Of a stretch of 64,000 nucleotides of DNA, positions 17,108 to 30,286 are shown one piece after another. Numbering within the stretch: the first letter of the stretch is position 1; every line of letters starts with the position of its first letter. Source of the stretch: Spirochaetota bacterium. GTDB taxonomy: Bacteria; Spirochaetota; UBA4802; UBA5550. The stretch is taken from the NCBI GenBank assembly GCA_963663865.1, contig OY760686.1:2592001-2656000 (forward strand), given 5' to 3'. The notes beneath the pieces are model-generated. The model ran no database searches, had not been told where the DNA came from, and was given only the letters and a program-made list of their open reading frames with translations. Both the position numbers and the translations under genes were made by a program.

Positions 17108-19666
17108 TCAGGCCCAGATTACCGAAAAATCCGGATCGTACTTCCTCGAAAGCCCGTCACGATGAGGAAGCACCCTTACCGTAAAGGCGAACTGACCCGA
17201 CTGAAGACACAGCATACTGCCCTCATATTCGTAGTTGCCACGGCCGTCTGTCCCGGCGTACATCATTGGAACAGCAACACCGTCGACAATAGTGTCAAAT
17301 CCGTTCACTGAACCGAAGTAGAGCTCAACCAGCAGATCTTCCGGTGAGAGGTCGCCGGGCCGGACAATGGCCCTGACCTTAACCTTTGATCCGACTACCG
17401 CTTCCTTCTGCAAATCCGAGCTTATCTCACGGACAGAAACCTTTTCCCATACTGCAGCAGTCTTTTTCTTCCAGGAGCAAACGTCTCTGGCAAGTTCATG
17501 CCTGTTCGCTGAAAAAGTCCCGTGGTTGGATAAAGCCGTCATGTAGTAATCTTCGACATAGCTCTTAACCATACGGTTCGTGTTGAAAACAGGAATCAGC
17601 TTTCTCATTGAAGCGCGCATCCTGTTAAGCCAGTCGCAGGGCAGGCCGTCACCCCGCCGGCTATAGAAAAGAGGCTTTACATCGTTTTCAAGAAGATTGT
17701 AAACAGAAAGACTCTCAACCTCATCCTGATAGTTGTGATCGTCATAAACCTCGCCTTTTCCAATTGCCCAGCCGATATCAGGCTCATAAGCCTCGTCCCA
17801 CCAGCCGTCAAGAACGCTTATATTCAACCCACCATTCGGAATGACTTTCATTCCGCTCGTTCCTGAAGCCTCTTTCGGCCGAACAGGGTTGTTCAGCCAG
17901 ATATCAACTCCCTGCACCATGTAGCGGGCAATATTAATATCGTAGTCTTCAAGGAAGACAACCCTGTTTCTAAAGCGGTCATCTCCGCACAGGTGAATGA
18001 CCTGCCGAATGAGTTCCTTTCCCATATTGTCTCTCGGATGGGCCTTTCCGGCAAAGATTATCTGGACGGGCTTGCCCCTGTCGTTAAGGATCGCGTCGAG
18101 TCTGTCCAAATCACGGAAAAGAAGGTTTGCCCTTTTGTATGTCGCAAACCTCCTCGCGAACCCGATAGTAAGCGCATCAGGATCAAGAACAGAGCTGGAT
18201 CTTTCTGCCTCTTTGACTGTGGCACCCCTTGCAAGAAGCTGTTCCTTCAGCTTTTTCCTGGCGAAGCTGACAAGTCTCTCGCGCGATCTTTCCCTGCAGC
18301 GCCACAGTTCGAAGTCGGGGATGCTGTCTATGCGGGCCCATATACCAGTGTCAGCAGGACTCTCAATCCACCTCGGACCTAGATACCGGTTGAAAAGCCT
18401 CATCATCTCATCAGATGTCCAGGAAAGCGTCTGTATTCCGTTTGTGATATGACCAATAGGAACCTCATGCTCAGGAATTCCCTTCCATATGTTCTTCCAC
18501 ATATTTCTCGAAACGTGTCCATGAAGCTTTGAAACGCCGTTACAGCCGGCGGCGGTCTTCAGCGCAAGTACCGTCATGCAGAAAGTTTCCTTTCTGTCGG
18601 CAGGGTCTTCACGCCCAAGCGCGAGAAACTCTTCAGCAGACAGCCCCATCTCGCCAAAAATATGAGAAAAATATCCCGTTACCATTGTCGGGTCAAATCT
18701 GTCATTTCCTGCCGGTACTGGAGTATGAGTAGTAAAGACATTTGTTGAAGTCACAAACTCAAATGCCTCCCTGAAGGATATGCTATTCGATTTCATAATC
18801 TCTCTGATTCTCTCAATAGACAGAAATGCCGCATGACCTTCATTCATGTGAAATACCGATATGTCTTCACCGAGCGCCTTAAGGGCCCTTACGCCCCCGA
18901 TGCCGAGTAGCATCTCCTGTTTGATTCTCATCTCAATGTCGCCGCCGTATAGACCGTCAGTAATGGTTCTGTCCTCAGCGCTGTTGAGGTCAATGTTTGT
19001 ATCAAGAAGATAGAGCTTTATCCTCCCGATTTTTACCAGCCATACCTTTGCAAAAACATCGCGTCCTGGGAAATCGACGGCAACCACGACATTCTCTCCG
19101 TTTTCATTGACTACAGATGTGAGTGGGGAATTGTAAAAGTCAACTTCAGGAAAACGCTCCTGCTGCCAACCATCCATATTCAGATATTGATGGAAATAAC
19201 CGAACCTGTACAGCAGTCCAACTCCGCAAAGCGGAACACCGAGTTCGCTTGAGGACTTCAGATGATCACCGGCGAGAACGCCAAGGCCTCCCGAATAAAT
19301 CGGAAGGCACTCATGAATACCGAACTCAGCGGAAAAATAAGCTATTGAGTTATGTCCCAGGCTGTCAAAGTTTTCTTCAAACCATGATTTGATTTCAAGA
19401 TGTCGGTTAAGCTCGATGTCTACCTTTTCCATATGGGCAAGAAAACTCTCTGATTCTGCCGCCTCATCGAGCTGTGCCTGCGAAACAGCGCCCAGAAGCC
19501 TGACAGGATTGTGACCGCATTCTCTCCAGAGATCTACATCAAGCCTCCTGAAAAGTTCAATGGCCTCAAAGTTCCAGACCCACCAGAGGTTCATCGCTAT
19601 ACGGCTAAGCGGTTTCAGTTTCTCCGGCAAATAGGGTACAACCTGAAATTTATTAATCCGGGCCAT
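17108..19666 (-). CDS. glgP: Alpha-glucan (glycogen) phosphorylase
   Basis: AYFSAEFG...YSGGLGVLAGDHLKS, HMNEGH, PLP site EASGTSGMK. Confidence 0.97.
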   Translation of the reverse strand: MARINKFQVVPYLPEKLKPLSRIAMNLWWVWNFEAIELFRRLDVDLWRECGHNPVRLLGAVSQAQLDEAAESESFLAHMEKVDIELNRHLEIKSWFEENFDSLGHNSIAYFSAEFGIHECLPIYSGGLGVLAGDHLKSSSELGVPLCGVGLLYRFGYFHQYLNMDGWQQERFPEVDFYNSPLTSVVNENGENVVVAVDFPGRDVFAKVWLVKIGRIKLYLLDTNIDLNSAEDRTITDGLYGGDIEMRIKQEMLLGIGGVRALKALGEDISVFHMNEGHAAFLSIERIREIMKSNSISFREAFEFVTSTNVFTTHTPVPAGNDRFDPTMVTGYFSHIFGEMGLSAEEFLALGREDPADRKETFCMTVLALKTAAGCNGVSKLHGHVSRNMWKNIWKGIPEHEVPIGHITNGIQTLSWTSDEMMRLFNRYLGPRWIESPADTGIWARIDSIPDFELWRCRERSRERLVSFARKKLKEQLLARGATVKEAERSSSVLDPDALTIGFARRFATYKRANLLFRDLDRLDAILNDRGKPVQIIFAGKAHPRDNMGKELIRQVIHLCGDDRFRNRVVFLEDYDINIARYMVQGVDIWLNNPVRPKEASGTSGMKVIPNGGLNISVLDGWWDEAYEPDIGWAIGKGEVYDDHNYQDEVESLSVYNLLENDVKPLFYSRRGDGLPCDWLNRMRASMRKLIPVFNTNRMVKSYVEDYYMTALSNHGTFSANRHELARDVCSWKKKTAAVWEKVSVREISSDLQKEAVVGSKVKVRAIVRPGDLSPEDLLVELYFGSVNGFDTIVDGVAVPMMYAGTDGRGNYEYEGSMLCLQSGQFAFTVRVLPHRDGLSRKYDPDFSVIWA

Positions 19667-19686
19667 TTACTCCTCCTTTGACCTTA

Positions 19687-20412
19687 TCAAGCAGCAGGCA
19701 GCTGAATAGTAATAATTGTTCCGTCTCCATCAACCGACTCAGCATTAATAAAGCCCCTGTTTCTCTCAACAAGGGCTTTCGCGGCGGCAAGCCCTGAACC
19801 GGAATGCCCCTCGCGGGTTGTGAAGCATGGTTCGAAAATTCTACTGATGATGTATCCGTCTATTCCTTCACCGCTATCTTTGATTGTTACTGCAGCGTAT
19901 TTTCTCCCTTCCCCTTCTCCCGAAAATTTAATTTCAAAGTCCAGCTTTCCCCCGTCAGGCATTGCATCTAGCGCATTCTGTATAACATACTCAAAAACGC
20001 GGGATATCTGCCGTCTGTCGGCAAAAACACTTTCCTTCCCTTGTGAACTGTTGATATTGACTTCAATGCTATCGGGGACATTAAGAGATGAAACCACCTC
20101 TCTTAGAATTTCGTTTACACTTATATTTTCACAGGACGGCCTGCCGGGAGCAGAAAAAGCGCTCATTTTCTGGACAATGCTTCTGATCTGGACTGCGGCC
20201 TTTTCTGCATCTGTAATATTTTCCAGAAGATCAGCTCTGAAAGGATCTATAACCATTCTGGCGAGCGACAGATTACCTATAAGCGCTGTAAGAGAATTGT
20301 TAAGGTCGTGAACCATCCCGCCAATGCTTACTCCTATTGACTCAAAAGGCTTTAATTCTTCCAATCTTTCTTTGAGATATTCCAGCATATTCCCGCCGCT
20401 TTCAATGCTCAT
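19687..20412 (-). CDS. Histidine kinase core (HisKA + HATPase), no sensor domain
   Basis: H-box HDLNN, N-box QNALDAM, DSGEG, FEPCFTT. Confidence 0.88.
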   Translation of the reverse strand: MSIESGGNMLEYLKERLEELKPFESIGVSIGGMVHDLNNSLTALIGNLSLARMVIDPFRADLLENITDAEKAAVQIRSIVQKMSAFSAPGRPSCENISVNEILREVVSSLNVPDSIEVNINSSQGKESVFADRRQISRVFEYVIQNALDAMPDGGKLDFEIKFSGEGEGRKYAAVTIKDSGEGIDGYIISRIFEPCFTTREGHSGSGLAAAKALVERNRGFINAESVDGDGTIITIQLPAA

Positions 20413-20485
20413 TTATGCACCCCCGCTTAGCCCGGCATAGGTACTGCTTTAAATTTTAATCTTTTTTCAGTTATTATTGTTAAAA

Positions 20486-21691
20486 TTATACAGACACGTC
20501 ACTCAGATTTCCGGTAAATTCAAATCCGATAAGGATGATATCATCATTTTGATCATTTTTATTTCTGAATGCTCCCGCCCTTTCTATTATCCTGTCAACG
20601 GCCGTGTCAATATCCAAATAAGAAGTGTCTTTAATAATTTCGCTCAGTCCATCGTACCCGAGTTCTTTACCGCAGTTATTGACAGTCTCATTTATTCCGT
20701 CTGTATAGAGATAGAATCTGTCACCCGGCTTCAGCCTGATTTTTCTTGTCTCAAAACTGACATTGTCAAACAGACCAAGCGGCCTGCCTGATGGAGCTTC
20801 ATATTCGACATTCCCTGTATCTCTGTAATGCACAGCCATCGGACAATGTCCGCCTCTCGCAAAAACCAGATCCGCTCCGTCAGCTTCCGGCTCAATGTAA
20901 CCATAAATTGCAGTCAGAAAATATGGGCCCATCCCGAAGGAAACATCTCCATTGAGGCTTTTAAGAAATTCTGAAGGAGTCACCCGCTTCTCAGGGAATA
21001 TCCTGCCAATCGCCGATTTAACCATGGCAAGGAAGAGAGCCGCAGACAGGCCGTGACCTGTTACATCTCCTATAAAAAAACCGAGTCTTCCTTCTTCAGG
21101 CATAAACGCCAGAAGGTCGCCGCCTATTGACTCTTGAGGAATATATCTGTATGAAATGCGGAGCCCCGGCATTGCGGGCGGATTTTGCGGAAGAAGCTGC
21201 TTTATCACATCACGAGCGTATCGGATGTCCTTCTCATATATCCTGTTTCTTGCTTTGAGCTTCTCCTCGCTTTCTTTGAGAGCCTCAAGCGCCATTTTCC
21301 TGACAGTAACATCCTCCTTGATTGCAAGAAAGTGAGTAATGTTTCCGCAGCCGTCCCGGAAAGCTGAAATCGAAGCCTGCTCCCAGTATAAGGACCCATC
21401 CTTTTTCCTGTTTAAAAACTCGCCGCGCCATATCCGCCCATTGAGAATTTCATCCCACATATCCCGGTAAAGTGAATTATCATGATACCCGGACTTCAGT
21501 ATTGAAGGATTCTTGCCATACGCCTCTTCAGCTGAATAGCCTGTGAGTTCTGTAAATCTTGGATTTACATACTCAATAAGCCCGTCCTTATCGGTAATAA
21601 CAACAGTCGCAGGGCTCTGCTCAATTATCGCCATCAATACCTCGGGCAAGTCCTCAAACGAGCAGTAATCTGAGGCATCATTTTTCAGCAT
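20486..21691 (-). CDS. PAS-domain PP2C/SpoIIE (RsbU-like) phosphatase
   Basis: PAS/PAC (YVNPRFTELTGYS...KEDVT) plus IGGD, GDVTGHG, YTDGI, DDIIL. Confidence 0.93.
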   Translation of the reverse strand: MLKNDASDYCSFEDLPEVLMAIIEQSPATVVITDKDGLIEYVNPRFTELTGYSAEEAYGKNPSILKSGYHDNSLYRDMWDEILNGRIWRGEFLNRKKDGSLYWEQASISAFRDGCGNITHFLAIKEDVTVRKMALEALKESEEKLKARNRIYEKDIRYARDVIKQLLPQNPPAMPGLRISYRYIPQESIGGDLLAFMPEEGRLGFFIGDVTGHGLSAALFLAMVKSAIGRIFPEKRVTPSEFLKSLNGDVSFGMGPYFLTAIYGYIEPEADGADLVFARGGHCPMAVHYRDTGNVEYEAPSGRPLGLFDNVSFETRKIRLKPGDRFYLYTDGINETVNNCGKELGYDGLSEIIKDTSYLDIDTAVDRIIERAGAFRNKNDQNDDIILIGFEFTGNLSDVSV

Positions 21692-21706
21692 AGTTTCTCC
21701 AGAATA

Positions 21707-23311
21707 TCATATACTGTTTGAAAGTTCTTTTAAAGAATTAAGGACCTGCATGGCCCTGCCGCTGTCGATTGCCTCTGAGGCAGTATGAACTCCCTCTTCA
21801 ATAGAGACTCCCTTGTAAGCCGCAATTGCAAATCCAGCATTAAGGCATACTATATCCCTTTTGGGGCCGGTCGCCCCTGACAATATTGATAGAATAATCT
21901 CTGCGTTCTCAGCTGAATTTCCGCCCACTACATCTTTCAAAGAGCATTGGGTCATGCCCACGTCCTCAGGCTTGAAATCGTAAACCCTCACTCCGCCCTG
22001 AGTTATCTCAGCAATTCTCGTCGGCGCTGATAGAGATATCTCATCAAGCCCGTCCGAAGAGTTTACCACATAACCTTTAACAATACCAATATTTTTTAAA
22101 ACCTGGCCGATTTTTTCTACAAGTTCAGAAGAATATACCCCCATGACCTGATACCTTGCTCCTGCCGGATTCGTTAATGGTCCAAGAAGATTAAAAACTG
22201 TCCTGATGCCCATCTCCCTTCTGGCAGTAACAGCATGCTTCATTGCCGGATGAAGTTTCGGCGCAAAAAGAAAACCGATTCCCGTTTTTTCTATGCACTC
22301 CTCGACCTGTTTTGGAGTAAGGTCAATATTGACATTGAGCGCCTCCAGAACATCAGCGCTTCCTGACTTGCTTGAAACGCTTCTGTTCCCGTGCTTTGCC
22401 ACCTTTACTCCCGCGGCTGCCGCGACAAAAGCCGAAGCAGTGGATATATTAAATGTTCCGGACCCGTCACCTCCGGTTCCGCATGTATCAAGCACATCTC
22501 CAACTTCCGGATTTATCTTAACGCTCTTCTCCCTCATCACATTCGCGAAAGCGGTAATCTCCTCAGCCGTTTCTCCTTTTATACGGAGAGCGGTTAAAAA
22601 AGAAGCTATCTGTACGTCAGTGCATCGGCCTTCCATTATCTCAACCATCACGGTATTGGCTTCATGATTGGACATGTCTTCACCGGCTATAAGCCTTTCT
22701 ACTGCTTTGCGTATAATTGCTCCATTCTCAAGCGGCTTTTTACTGTATGTGTACGAGATAAAGTTCTTAAGAAGATTTTTGCCTTCTTCAGTAAGAATTG
22801 ATTCCGGATGGAACTGAACTCCTTCTGTGAGGTGAGATCTGTGGGCTGCTCCCATTATTTCACCGTCTTCACTCTCGGCCGTTATCTCAAGATCAGCTGG
22901 AATTGTTGAGGCGTCGATTACCAGGGAATGATATCTTGTTGCAGTAAAGTTGTTATTCAGATTAGCAAAGACTCCCTTCCCTCTGTGACTGATATGAGCT
23001 GTTTTACCGTGCATCAACGTAGCTGCCGGAATAATATCCGCTCCAAACGCGTAACCAATTGCCTGATGGCCGAGGCATACACCTAAAATCGGAATTTTAC
23101 CCGAGAATTTTCTGATAGCATCAACGCACACACCCGCATCTTCAGGACGTCCCGGTCCGGGAGAAATAATAATATGCGAAGGGCCCATGGCCTCAATAGA
23201 ATCAAGCGTAAGCGCGTCATTTCTTACTACTTCAACCTTTTGATTTAGCTCTTCAAGGTATTGTTTTAGATTATAAGTAAAGGAATCATAGTTGTCTATA
23301 AGTAAAATCAT
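21707..23311 (-). CDS. trpGD: Bifunctional anthranilate synthase component II / anthranilate phosphoribosyltransferase (TrpG-TrpD fusion)
   Basis: [23 protein letters not shown] followed by [23 protein letters not shown]. Confidence 0.96.
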   Translation of the reverse strand: MILLIDNYDSFTYNLKQYLEELNQKVEVVRNDALTLDSIEAMGPSHIIISPGPGRPEDAGVCVDAIRKFSGKIPILGVCLGHQAIGYAFGADIIPAATLMHGKTAHISHRGKGVFANLNNNFTATRYHSLVIDASTIPADLEITAESEDGEIMGAAHRSHLTEGVQFHPESILTEEGKNLLKNFISYTYSKKPLENGAIIRKAVERLIAGEDMSNHEANTVMVEIMEGRCTDVQIASFLTALRIKGETAEEITAFANVMREKSVKINPEVGDVLDTCGTGGDGSGTFNISTASAFVAAAAGVKVAKHGNRSVSSKSGSADVLEALNVNIDLTPKQVEECIEKTGIGFLFAPKLHPAMKHAVTARREMGIRTVFNLLGPLTNPAGARYQVMGVYSSELVEKIGQVLKNIGIVKGYVVNSSDGLDEISLSAPTRIAEITQGGVRVYDFKPEDVGMTQCSLKDVVGGNSAENAEIILSILSGATGPKRDIVCLNAGFAIAAYKGVSIEEGVHTASEAIDSGRAMQVLNSLKELSNSI

Positions 23312-24789
23312 TTTATTTCTCCGGAAAGTTCTACGGCTTTTGTAAGAACCCGCATTTTATGTATCGTCTCGTAATATTCTTTTTCAGGAACCGAGTCGGC
23401 TACGATTCCGGCCCCTGCCTGAAGATATAAATTTCCGTTTTTTACAACAAAAGTCCGTATCGTTATACAGCTGTCAAAATTTCCGTTGTAAGAAAAATAT
23501 CCTATAAGACCAGAGTAAATACCTCTCCTGTCGGGCTCCAGGCTGGAAATTATTTCCATGGCCCTTATTTTAGGAGCCCCGGAAACAGTACCTGCCGGGA
23601 ATGTTGCCTTTATTAAATCAAACATATCGTACTCGCCTGAAAGTCTTCCGGTAACATTTGATACAATATGCATAACGTGAGAATAGTACTCTACGACCTT
23701 GAGGTCTTCAGTGCGCACTGTCCCGCCCGTGCAAACACGCCCGATATCATTTCTCGCTAGATCGACAAGCATTATATGTTCAGCAAGCTCCTTCTCATCA
23801 GACAGAAGATCCTTTTCCAGCTCCCTGTCCTCTTCCTGAGTCTTCCCGCGGGGCCTGGTGCCGGCGATAGGCCTTATATTTACGCGGCCTTCATTAAGCT
23901 GAACATGAATCTCTGGAGAAGATCCGATTACCTCAACATCATCGTATTTGAGATAGAACATATATGGAGAGGGATTGATTATGCGCAGGCTTCTGTACAG
24001 ATTAAAGGAGTCCCCGGACACCGGCACTCTCAATCTTTGCGAAAGGACGAGCTGAAAAATATCACCCGCGTAAATATAATCCTTAACCTTCTCTACGGAT
24101 TTCTCAAAGCTTTCCTTTGAATAATTTGACTTATATCCCGGTCCGCCTTTAACAGTAAAGGGAACTGCCGGCTCAGCAGCCCTGGTAATTGAATCCACCA
24201 TTGATTCAATTTGTCTGACCGACCGGCTGTATATTTCTTGAGGATCATCCCCCTCATTAATCCTCAAGGATGAAACCAGATAAAGTCTATGACTCAAATT
24301 GTCATAGACCGCCATTGAATCGGCAAGCATCAGGGCGAAGTCTCTGTCCCCTGTTTCTTTTTGCTTTGTCATATCGATTTTTTCGAAGTAGCGTACCGTG
24401 TCGTATCCTATATAACCAACTGCTCCGTTTACAAACGGAGGGAGTTCAGGGTTTGTATACGCTACTGTCTTTTCAAAATACTTCCTGGCAAACTCAAGAG
24501 GATTGGACAACTCTTCTTTTTCTACAGTATTACCATCTTTTACAAGGCTCACTATACCGTTACTGCAGATGATAATACTGTCCGAGCTGCCCATGAATGA
24601 GTAGCGGCCCATATGTTCACCGCTGACAGCGCTTTCAAGCAGGAATTGATATCGCCCCTTTCTCAGCTTTTGGAAAAGCGATATCACCGAATGTGTATCA
24701 CCCAGAATTTCCGCGTAGACCGGTATGAGATTATATTGATTGCTGAGCGAACAATACTCATCTTTCTGAGGATGTATCTTTATTGTCAT
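23308..24789 (-). CDS. trpE: Anthranilate synthase component I
   Basis: [48 protein letters not shown]. Confidence 0.96.
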   Translation of the reverse strand: MTIKIHPQKDEYCSLSNQYNLIPVYAEILGDTHSVISLFQKLRKGRYQFLLESAVSGEHMGRYSFMGSSDSIIICSNGIVSLVKDGNTVEKEELSNPLEFARKYFEKTVAYTNPELPPFVNGAVGYIGYDTVRYFEKIDMTKQKETGDRDFALMLADSMAVYDNLSHRLYLVSSLRINEGDDPQEIYSRSVRQIESMVDSITRAAEPAVPFTVKGGPGYKSNYSKESFEKSVEKVKDYIYAGDIFQLVLSQRLRVPVSGDSFNLYRSLRIINPSPYMFYLKYDDVEVIGSSPEIHVQLNEGRVNIRPIAGTRPRGKTQEEDRELEKDLLSDEKELAEHIMLVDLARNDIGRVCTGGTVRTEDLKVVEYYSHVMHIVSNVTGRLSGEYDMFDLIKATFPAGTVSGAPKIRAMEIISSLEPDRRGIYSGLIGYFSYNGNFDSCITIRTFVVKNGNLYLQAGAGIVADSVPEKEYYETIHKMRVLTKAVELSGEIK

Positions 24790-24917
24790 ATTTCCACCGC
24801 CTGATATTTACGAACCAGTGAACGGTATCATTTCGGCCCATGGATTTTCAACAATATTTTTAGAGGATAAGAGGTTTTTGCGGGAATGTTTCTATATATA
24901 GAATCACCAATACTTCA

Positions 24918-26843
24918 TTATTCAACAGAGTTAAGAAGTGAATGAATATCTTCTCCATCTTCCGGATACGTCGCAGTCATAAATCCGACAAGCAGCTGTG
25001 ACTGCCCGGAACCTGCGCTGAGTACAATTTTGTTCCTTACCGAGTTGGCGAATGGAACTGCGAACTGACGGTCCTTCCCCGGCAGAACTATGAGGAACCT
25101 GTTTCTGTCAACCCGGACTGAAAAATCTCCATCTGATAGCCGGGCTTTAATGATTTTTTCCATGAGTTCGAGAGTCGACACTGCCTTTTCCTTCCCGGCT
25201 GACTGAATATATCTTTTATAATTCTTAATAGTAATCTGGACAATTGTAAGCGGAAGGCCGAGTCTTCCGCAGTCTACTATTGCTTCCCCAAGTCTTCGGT
25301 AAACTGAGGCCATACTGTCTATATATTTTCCGCTATCAGTATCACGTTCAGATAGCGACGCGGAAAAGTTTATTAAAAATCTGACAATAGATTTAAGCTT
25401 TTCTTCCACCATCCTCATTTCTGTTCCCTCAAGAAGACGAAAAACTGCAACAAAGCCTTCCAGAGATTTGCCTATTGAAAATGGAAATGCTTTTAAAAAC
25501 TGCATCTTCACCGCGCTGTCCCGGCCAAATGCGCTTTCAACGGCCTCGGATTCCTGCGAATTTTCGATATAGAGGATGCCCCCTGAGGAAAGAGAGTTTA
25601 TAATTTTGGAGCTGCTATTCAAGATGATCTTCTTATCTCTGATATTAACAAAATCTTCAACTTCAGAGAAGAAAGAATAGTAGTTTCCCTCTGCCCGGTT
25701 TTTCAAATATACTGAGAAAGAGACAATTCCCATCTTTTCAAATTCATCTCTAACAATTGTTTCAGCCTGACGGAAATTCTCTGTTCCAAGCATAAGCTCC
25801 TGAAATCTATCAGCATATTTTGATGCAGATATTGACTTCTTCAGCTCTTGTATTTCCTGCTTCATTTTCTCTTCAAAATAAAATTTCCCAAAAACACCTG
25901 CCGCAGCCTCACAAATAATTGCTATCATCTCCCTTTCAGAATCACTGTAAGAATCGAGTGTCACCTTGTCTCCAAGCAGAAGCGCCGCAAGAGGTCTTGA
26001 ATCCTTGATTATCGGGAAAATATATCTCGCATCTATTGAAATAAAATCAAGGTAATCCTTGAGTTTACCCTTCTCACTGCTGTAATCATTGATATCAAGC
26101 ATGGTTCCGACGGATATTGCCCTTTCCATAAGTCCGTCAGAACTCCTAAACACCAGGCCATTTGAATCAATATTGACACCTCTGCTCATTACCAGATGCC
26201 AGCTGTCCGAGTCAAGAAGCTCCGGCACTATTACACTACAGGTAGAGGCGCCGGTCTGGCCCATAGCAGCGAAAAGAATAGCATCACACAGCTCATCTGT
26301 GTTCGCGGCCCTGAATATCTCCCGTTCTATCTCTGCGGCAAGTACCGGATCGGCACCGGGAGACTCAACTTTATTCGGCACTTCATCGTCCACATCAGAA
26401 GCATTAATGCCGTTCACAGAACCGGCTCCAGCAGGCTGAAAGCTATTTGATTTTACAGGATCATCCGCCCTTTCAGTACTTTCATCGACTATTTCAATAG
26501 ATCTGACAGCTCCTCCCTTGATTTCAGAAAGAACCATTTCCTCAAGCTCACCAGTATATTTTTCATCTTCCTGGATATTCATTTCCTCTTCATCATCGGC
26601 AAGATCGTGATCGTATGATTCATCATACCCGGTTTGAGGAATCTCCTTTAAATCAGAAGCGTCAAGCATTACGATATCTTCTTCATTTGTCACTGCGGAC
26701 TGATGCTCATTCCCGTTCGATAGACCGTCATACTCTTCCGCAAACTCGGTCTCTGCCGGACCGGTGATCCTGTCCATCAAAGTCTGACGCCCCTGCCTGT
26801 TCAGCCCCTTTTTGTATTCAAGCGCTTTTTCTAAAAGTCCCAT
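24918..26843 (-). CDS. Acidic N-terminus + GAF domain(s) + degenerate GGDEF domain protein
   Basis: GAF-like middle region; C-terminal GGDEF fold with the active site replaced by RVDRNRF. Confidence 0.75.
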   Translation of the reverse strand: MGLLEKALEYKKGLNRQGRQTLMDRITGPAETEFAEEYDGLSNGNEHQSAVTNEEDIVMLDASDLKEIPQTGYDESYDHDLADDEEEMNIQEDEKYTGELEEMVLSEIKGGAVRSIEIVDESTERADDPVKSNSFQPAGAGSVNGINASDVDDEVPNKVESPGADPVLAAEIEREIFRAANTDELCDAILFAAMGQTGASTCSVIVPELLDSDSWHLVMSRGVNIDSNGLVFRSSDGLMERAISVGTMLDINDYSSEKGKLKDYLDFISIDARYIFPIIKDSRPLAALLLGDKVTLDSYSDSEREMIAIICEAAAGVFGKFYFEEKMKQEIQELKKSISASKYADRFQELMLGTENFRQAETIVRDEFEKMGIVSFSVYLKNRAEGNYYSFFSEVEDFVNIRDKKIILNSSSKIINSLSSGGILYIENSQESEAVESAFGRDSAVKMQFLKAFPFSIGKSLEGFVAVFRLLEGTEMRMVEEKLKSIVRFLINFSASLSERDTDSGKYIDSMASVYRRLGEAIVDCGRLGLPLTIVQITIKNYKRYIQSAGKEKAVSTLELMEKIIKARLSDGDFSVRVDRNRFLIVLPGKDRQFAVPFANSVRNKIVLSAGSGQSQLLVGFMTATYPEDGEDIHSLLNSVE

Positions 26844-28148
26844 TTAAACCCCAAGTTCATTTAGAACATTGACATATATATCAAAATACTCAGAATCGGC
26901 AAACTGCCGCACAATGTCCTCAGGAAGTTTCTCAAAAAGACCATCAAGATATTTAAGCAAGCGTCGGATATCATTCTGCTTATTATCGGGAAACTCACGG
27001 ACAAACCGGTCGATATCAAGCTCATCATCAATAATAACTATGCGGTCAGTAATATCATCAAAGACTTGAACTTTCTCAATAGAAACCTTACTTTCAGCAT
27101 CGGCCTCAATTTTTATATCCGAATCTACCGTTGCATAATCCCGGTACTCCTGGAGAAGACGCGTAATCTCACCGATGTCCTCCTCATAAATATATGCGCC
27201 TTGAGAAGAGACCTCCTCCTCGATAGAAGCTTTCTCTTCATTTAGTAGGCTTTCGTTATCCGGCAGCTCATATTTGACATTAATTGGACCCTCTTTCTGA
27301 CGTTCAGGCTCTGCGCCGCTCGACAACTCCGCACTGCCCATAATCGCTTCATGAAAAGCGTCGAGCTCCTCCGCGTCCATTCCAGTTACAACACTGTCCG
27401 GAACCGAATTTGAAGGATCCAGTTGATGGTACTCGTCTATCCTGGTCATGTAATCGGATATTCCATCACCAAGCACTGCATCATCTATAAATAATAAATC
27501 GTCGTCCCGATAAAAAAGCTCGTGATTATCTCTGCGCCGTTCAACGTCAACGTTTTCCAATTCAGACGCTGCATCTGTTCGTGGTTCATTTTCAACCACG
27601 GCATTTTTTACGGCGCTGCGATGAGCAATCTCCTCTTCTTCTTCATTTTTTTCCCGGGAATAGTCCTCCTGCCCGCTTTCTTCGATAATTCTGATATCAA
27701 TATTTTCAACCTCAGCCTGGGAATCTTCTTCAACGAATTCAGATTCAGAAGGCTTACTTGCAATATCAGGAGCTAAACCATCTTCCATCATAAAGCTGAT
27801 ATTTTCAGCCTCTTGAATCAGATCATCCTCTGAAAGCAGAAGCGTTTCATCTGCTATTCTTTCTGCCTCAATGAGATTAATTCTTCCAATACGTCCAAGG
27901 TTAAAATCTGTCGGGATTCTCTCCATGTACTCTTCCGGAAGACGTATTGTTATTTCCTTCTCCTGCTGAACATCAATATCTTCGACTAAATCAGTTTGAC
28001 GATTTGACCGTGGTAAAACGCTTTCTCTGTCTGAATTCGAAAAACGCAACGATCCCCTGATGCCTCCTGTAAGAAGCGCCGGTCTTTCAAATTCATCAAC
28101 AATAATTGATGAATAGCTTTCAGTTGTATTTGCATTCTCTTTTGTCAA
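26844..28148 (-). CDS. Highly acidic hypothetical protein with conserved-looking C-terminal helical domain
   Basis: D/E-rich body; C-terminus LLKYLDGLFEKLPEDIVRQFADSEYFDIY; stop directly abuts the next gene. Confidence 0.75.
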   Translation of the reverse strand: MTKENANTTESYSSIIVDEFERPALLTGGIRGSLRFSNSDRESVLPRSNRQTDLVEDIDVQQEKEITIRLPEEYMERIPTDFNLGRIGRINLIEAERIADETLLLSEDDLIQEAENISFMMEDGLAPDIASKPSESEFVEEDSQAEVENIDIRIIEESGQEDYSREKNEEEEEIAHRSAVKNAVVENEPRTDAASELENVDVERRRDNHELFYRDDDLLFIDDAVLGDGISDYMTRIDEYHQLDPSNSVPDSVVTGMDAEELDAFHEAIMGSAELSSGAEPERQKEGPINVKYELPDNESLLNEEKASIEEEVSSQGAYIYEEDIGEITRLLQEYRDYATVDSDIKIEADAESKVSIEKVQVFDDITDRIVIIDDELDIDRFVREFPDNKQNDIRRLLKYLDGLFEKLPEDIVRQFADSEYFDIYVNVLNELGV

Positions 28149-28379
28149 TTTTGATATCCGGCCTAAAACATTATTAATTCACATCATATTTTTTTCATTA
28201 AAAATATAACTTATAATTCCTTTATCAAAACACAACAGTCCACCGCAATATAATCCAGCACAACCGCACCTGTTATATCATGTTCTGAGGGACAGACACA
28301 TACCGCCCTGGCCCATACTAAATATAAAGGAAAAAGCCTACTTATCACGTTAATTATCGGAAGAAATTGCCGGCGTGCA

Positions 28380-28410
28380 TAAAAAAAAAGGATGCTGAGT
28401 GCATCCTTTT
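28380..28410 (-). terminator. Terminator of the atp operon
   Basis: AAAAGGATGC-ACTCA-GCATCCTTTTTTTTTT. Confidence 0.85.
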
Positions 28411-28419
28411 GCTGGTTTA

Positions 28420-28823
28420 CTATCTTAAGGCTACTTTAAGCCTTGCCTTTAATTTTTGCTGTTCAATTTTCAAAAGCATTGATTCTTTTGATAGACTCGG
28501 AAGCTCCGCATCTTTCCTTCCTAAATCATCAAGTTTAAGCCTCAGACCCTCAGCATCGAGATCGCTTTTCTTATGTGCATTTTCTGCAAGCACTGTGACC
28601 GTATTATCCCTTACGTCAACAATGCCGCCTTCAATAACATAATAATCGGTTTCGGACTGATCCATCAGTCTCACTTCCCCTATACCCAGCTCAGATATAA
28701 GCGGAGAATGGCCCGGCAGAAAACCTATCTCTCCATCATGAGCCGCAAGAACAGCAAACTCAACCTGTCCTTCGAAAAGCACCCTTTCAGGAGTTATTAT
28801 TGAACAGTCAAGTTTTAATGCCA

Positions 28824-28824
<1 letters not shown>
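28420..28824 (-). CDS. atpC: ATP synthase F1 epsilon
   Basis: IITPER, DGEIGFLPGHSPLI, operon position. Confidence 0.95.
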
Positions 28825-30260
<1,436 letters not shown>

Positions 30261-30286
30261 TTAATAAAAAACATTAACATTGCTTC

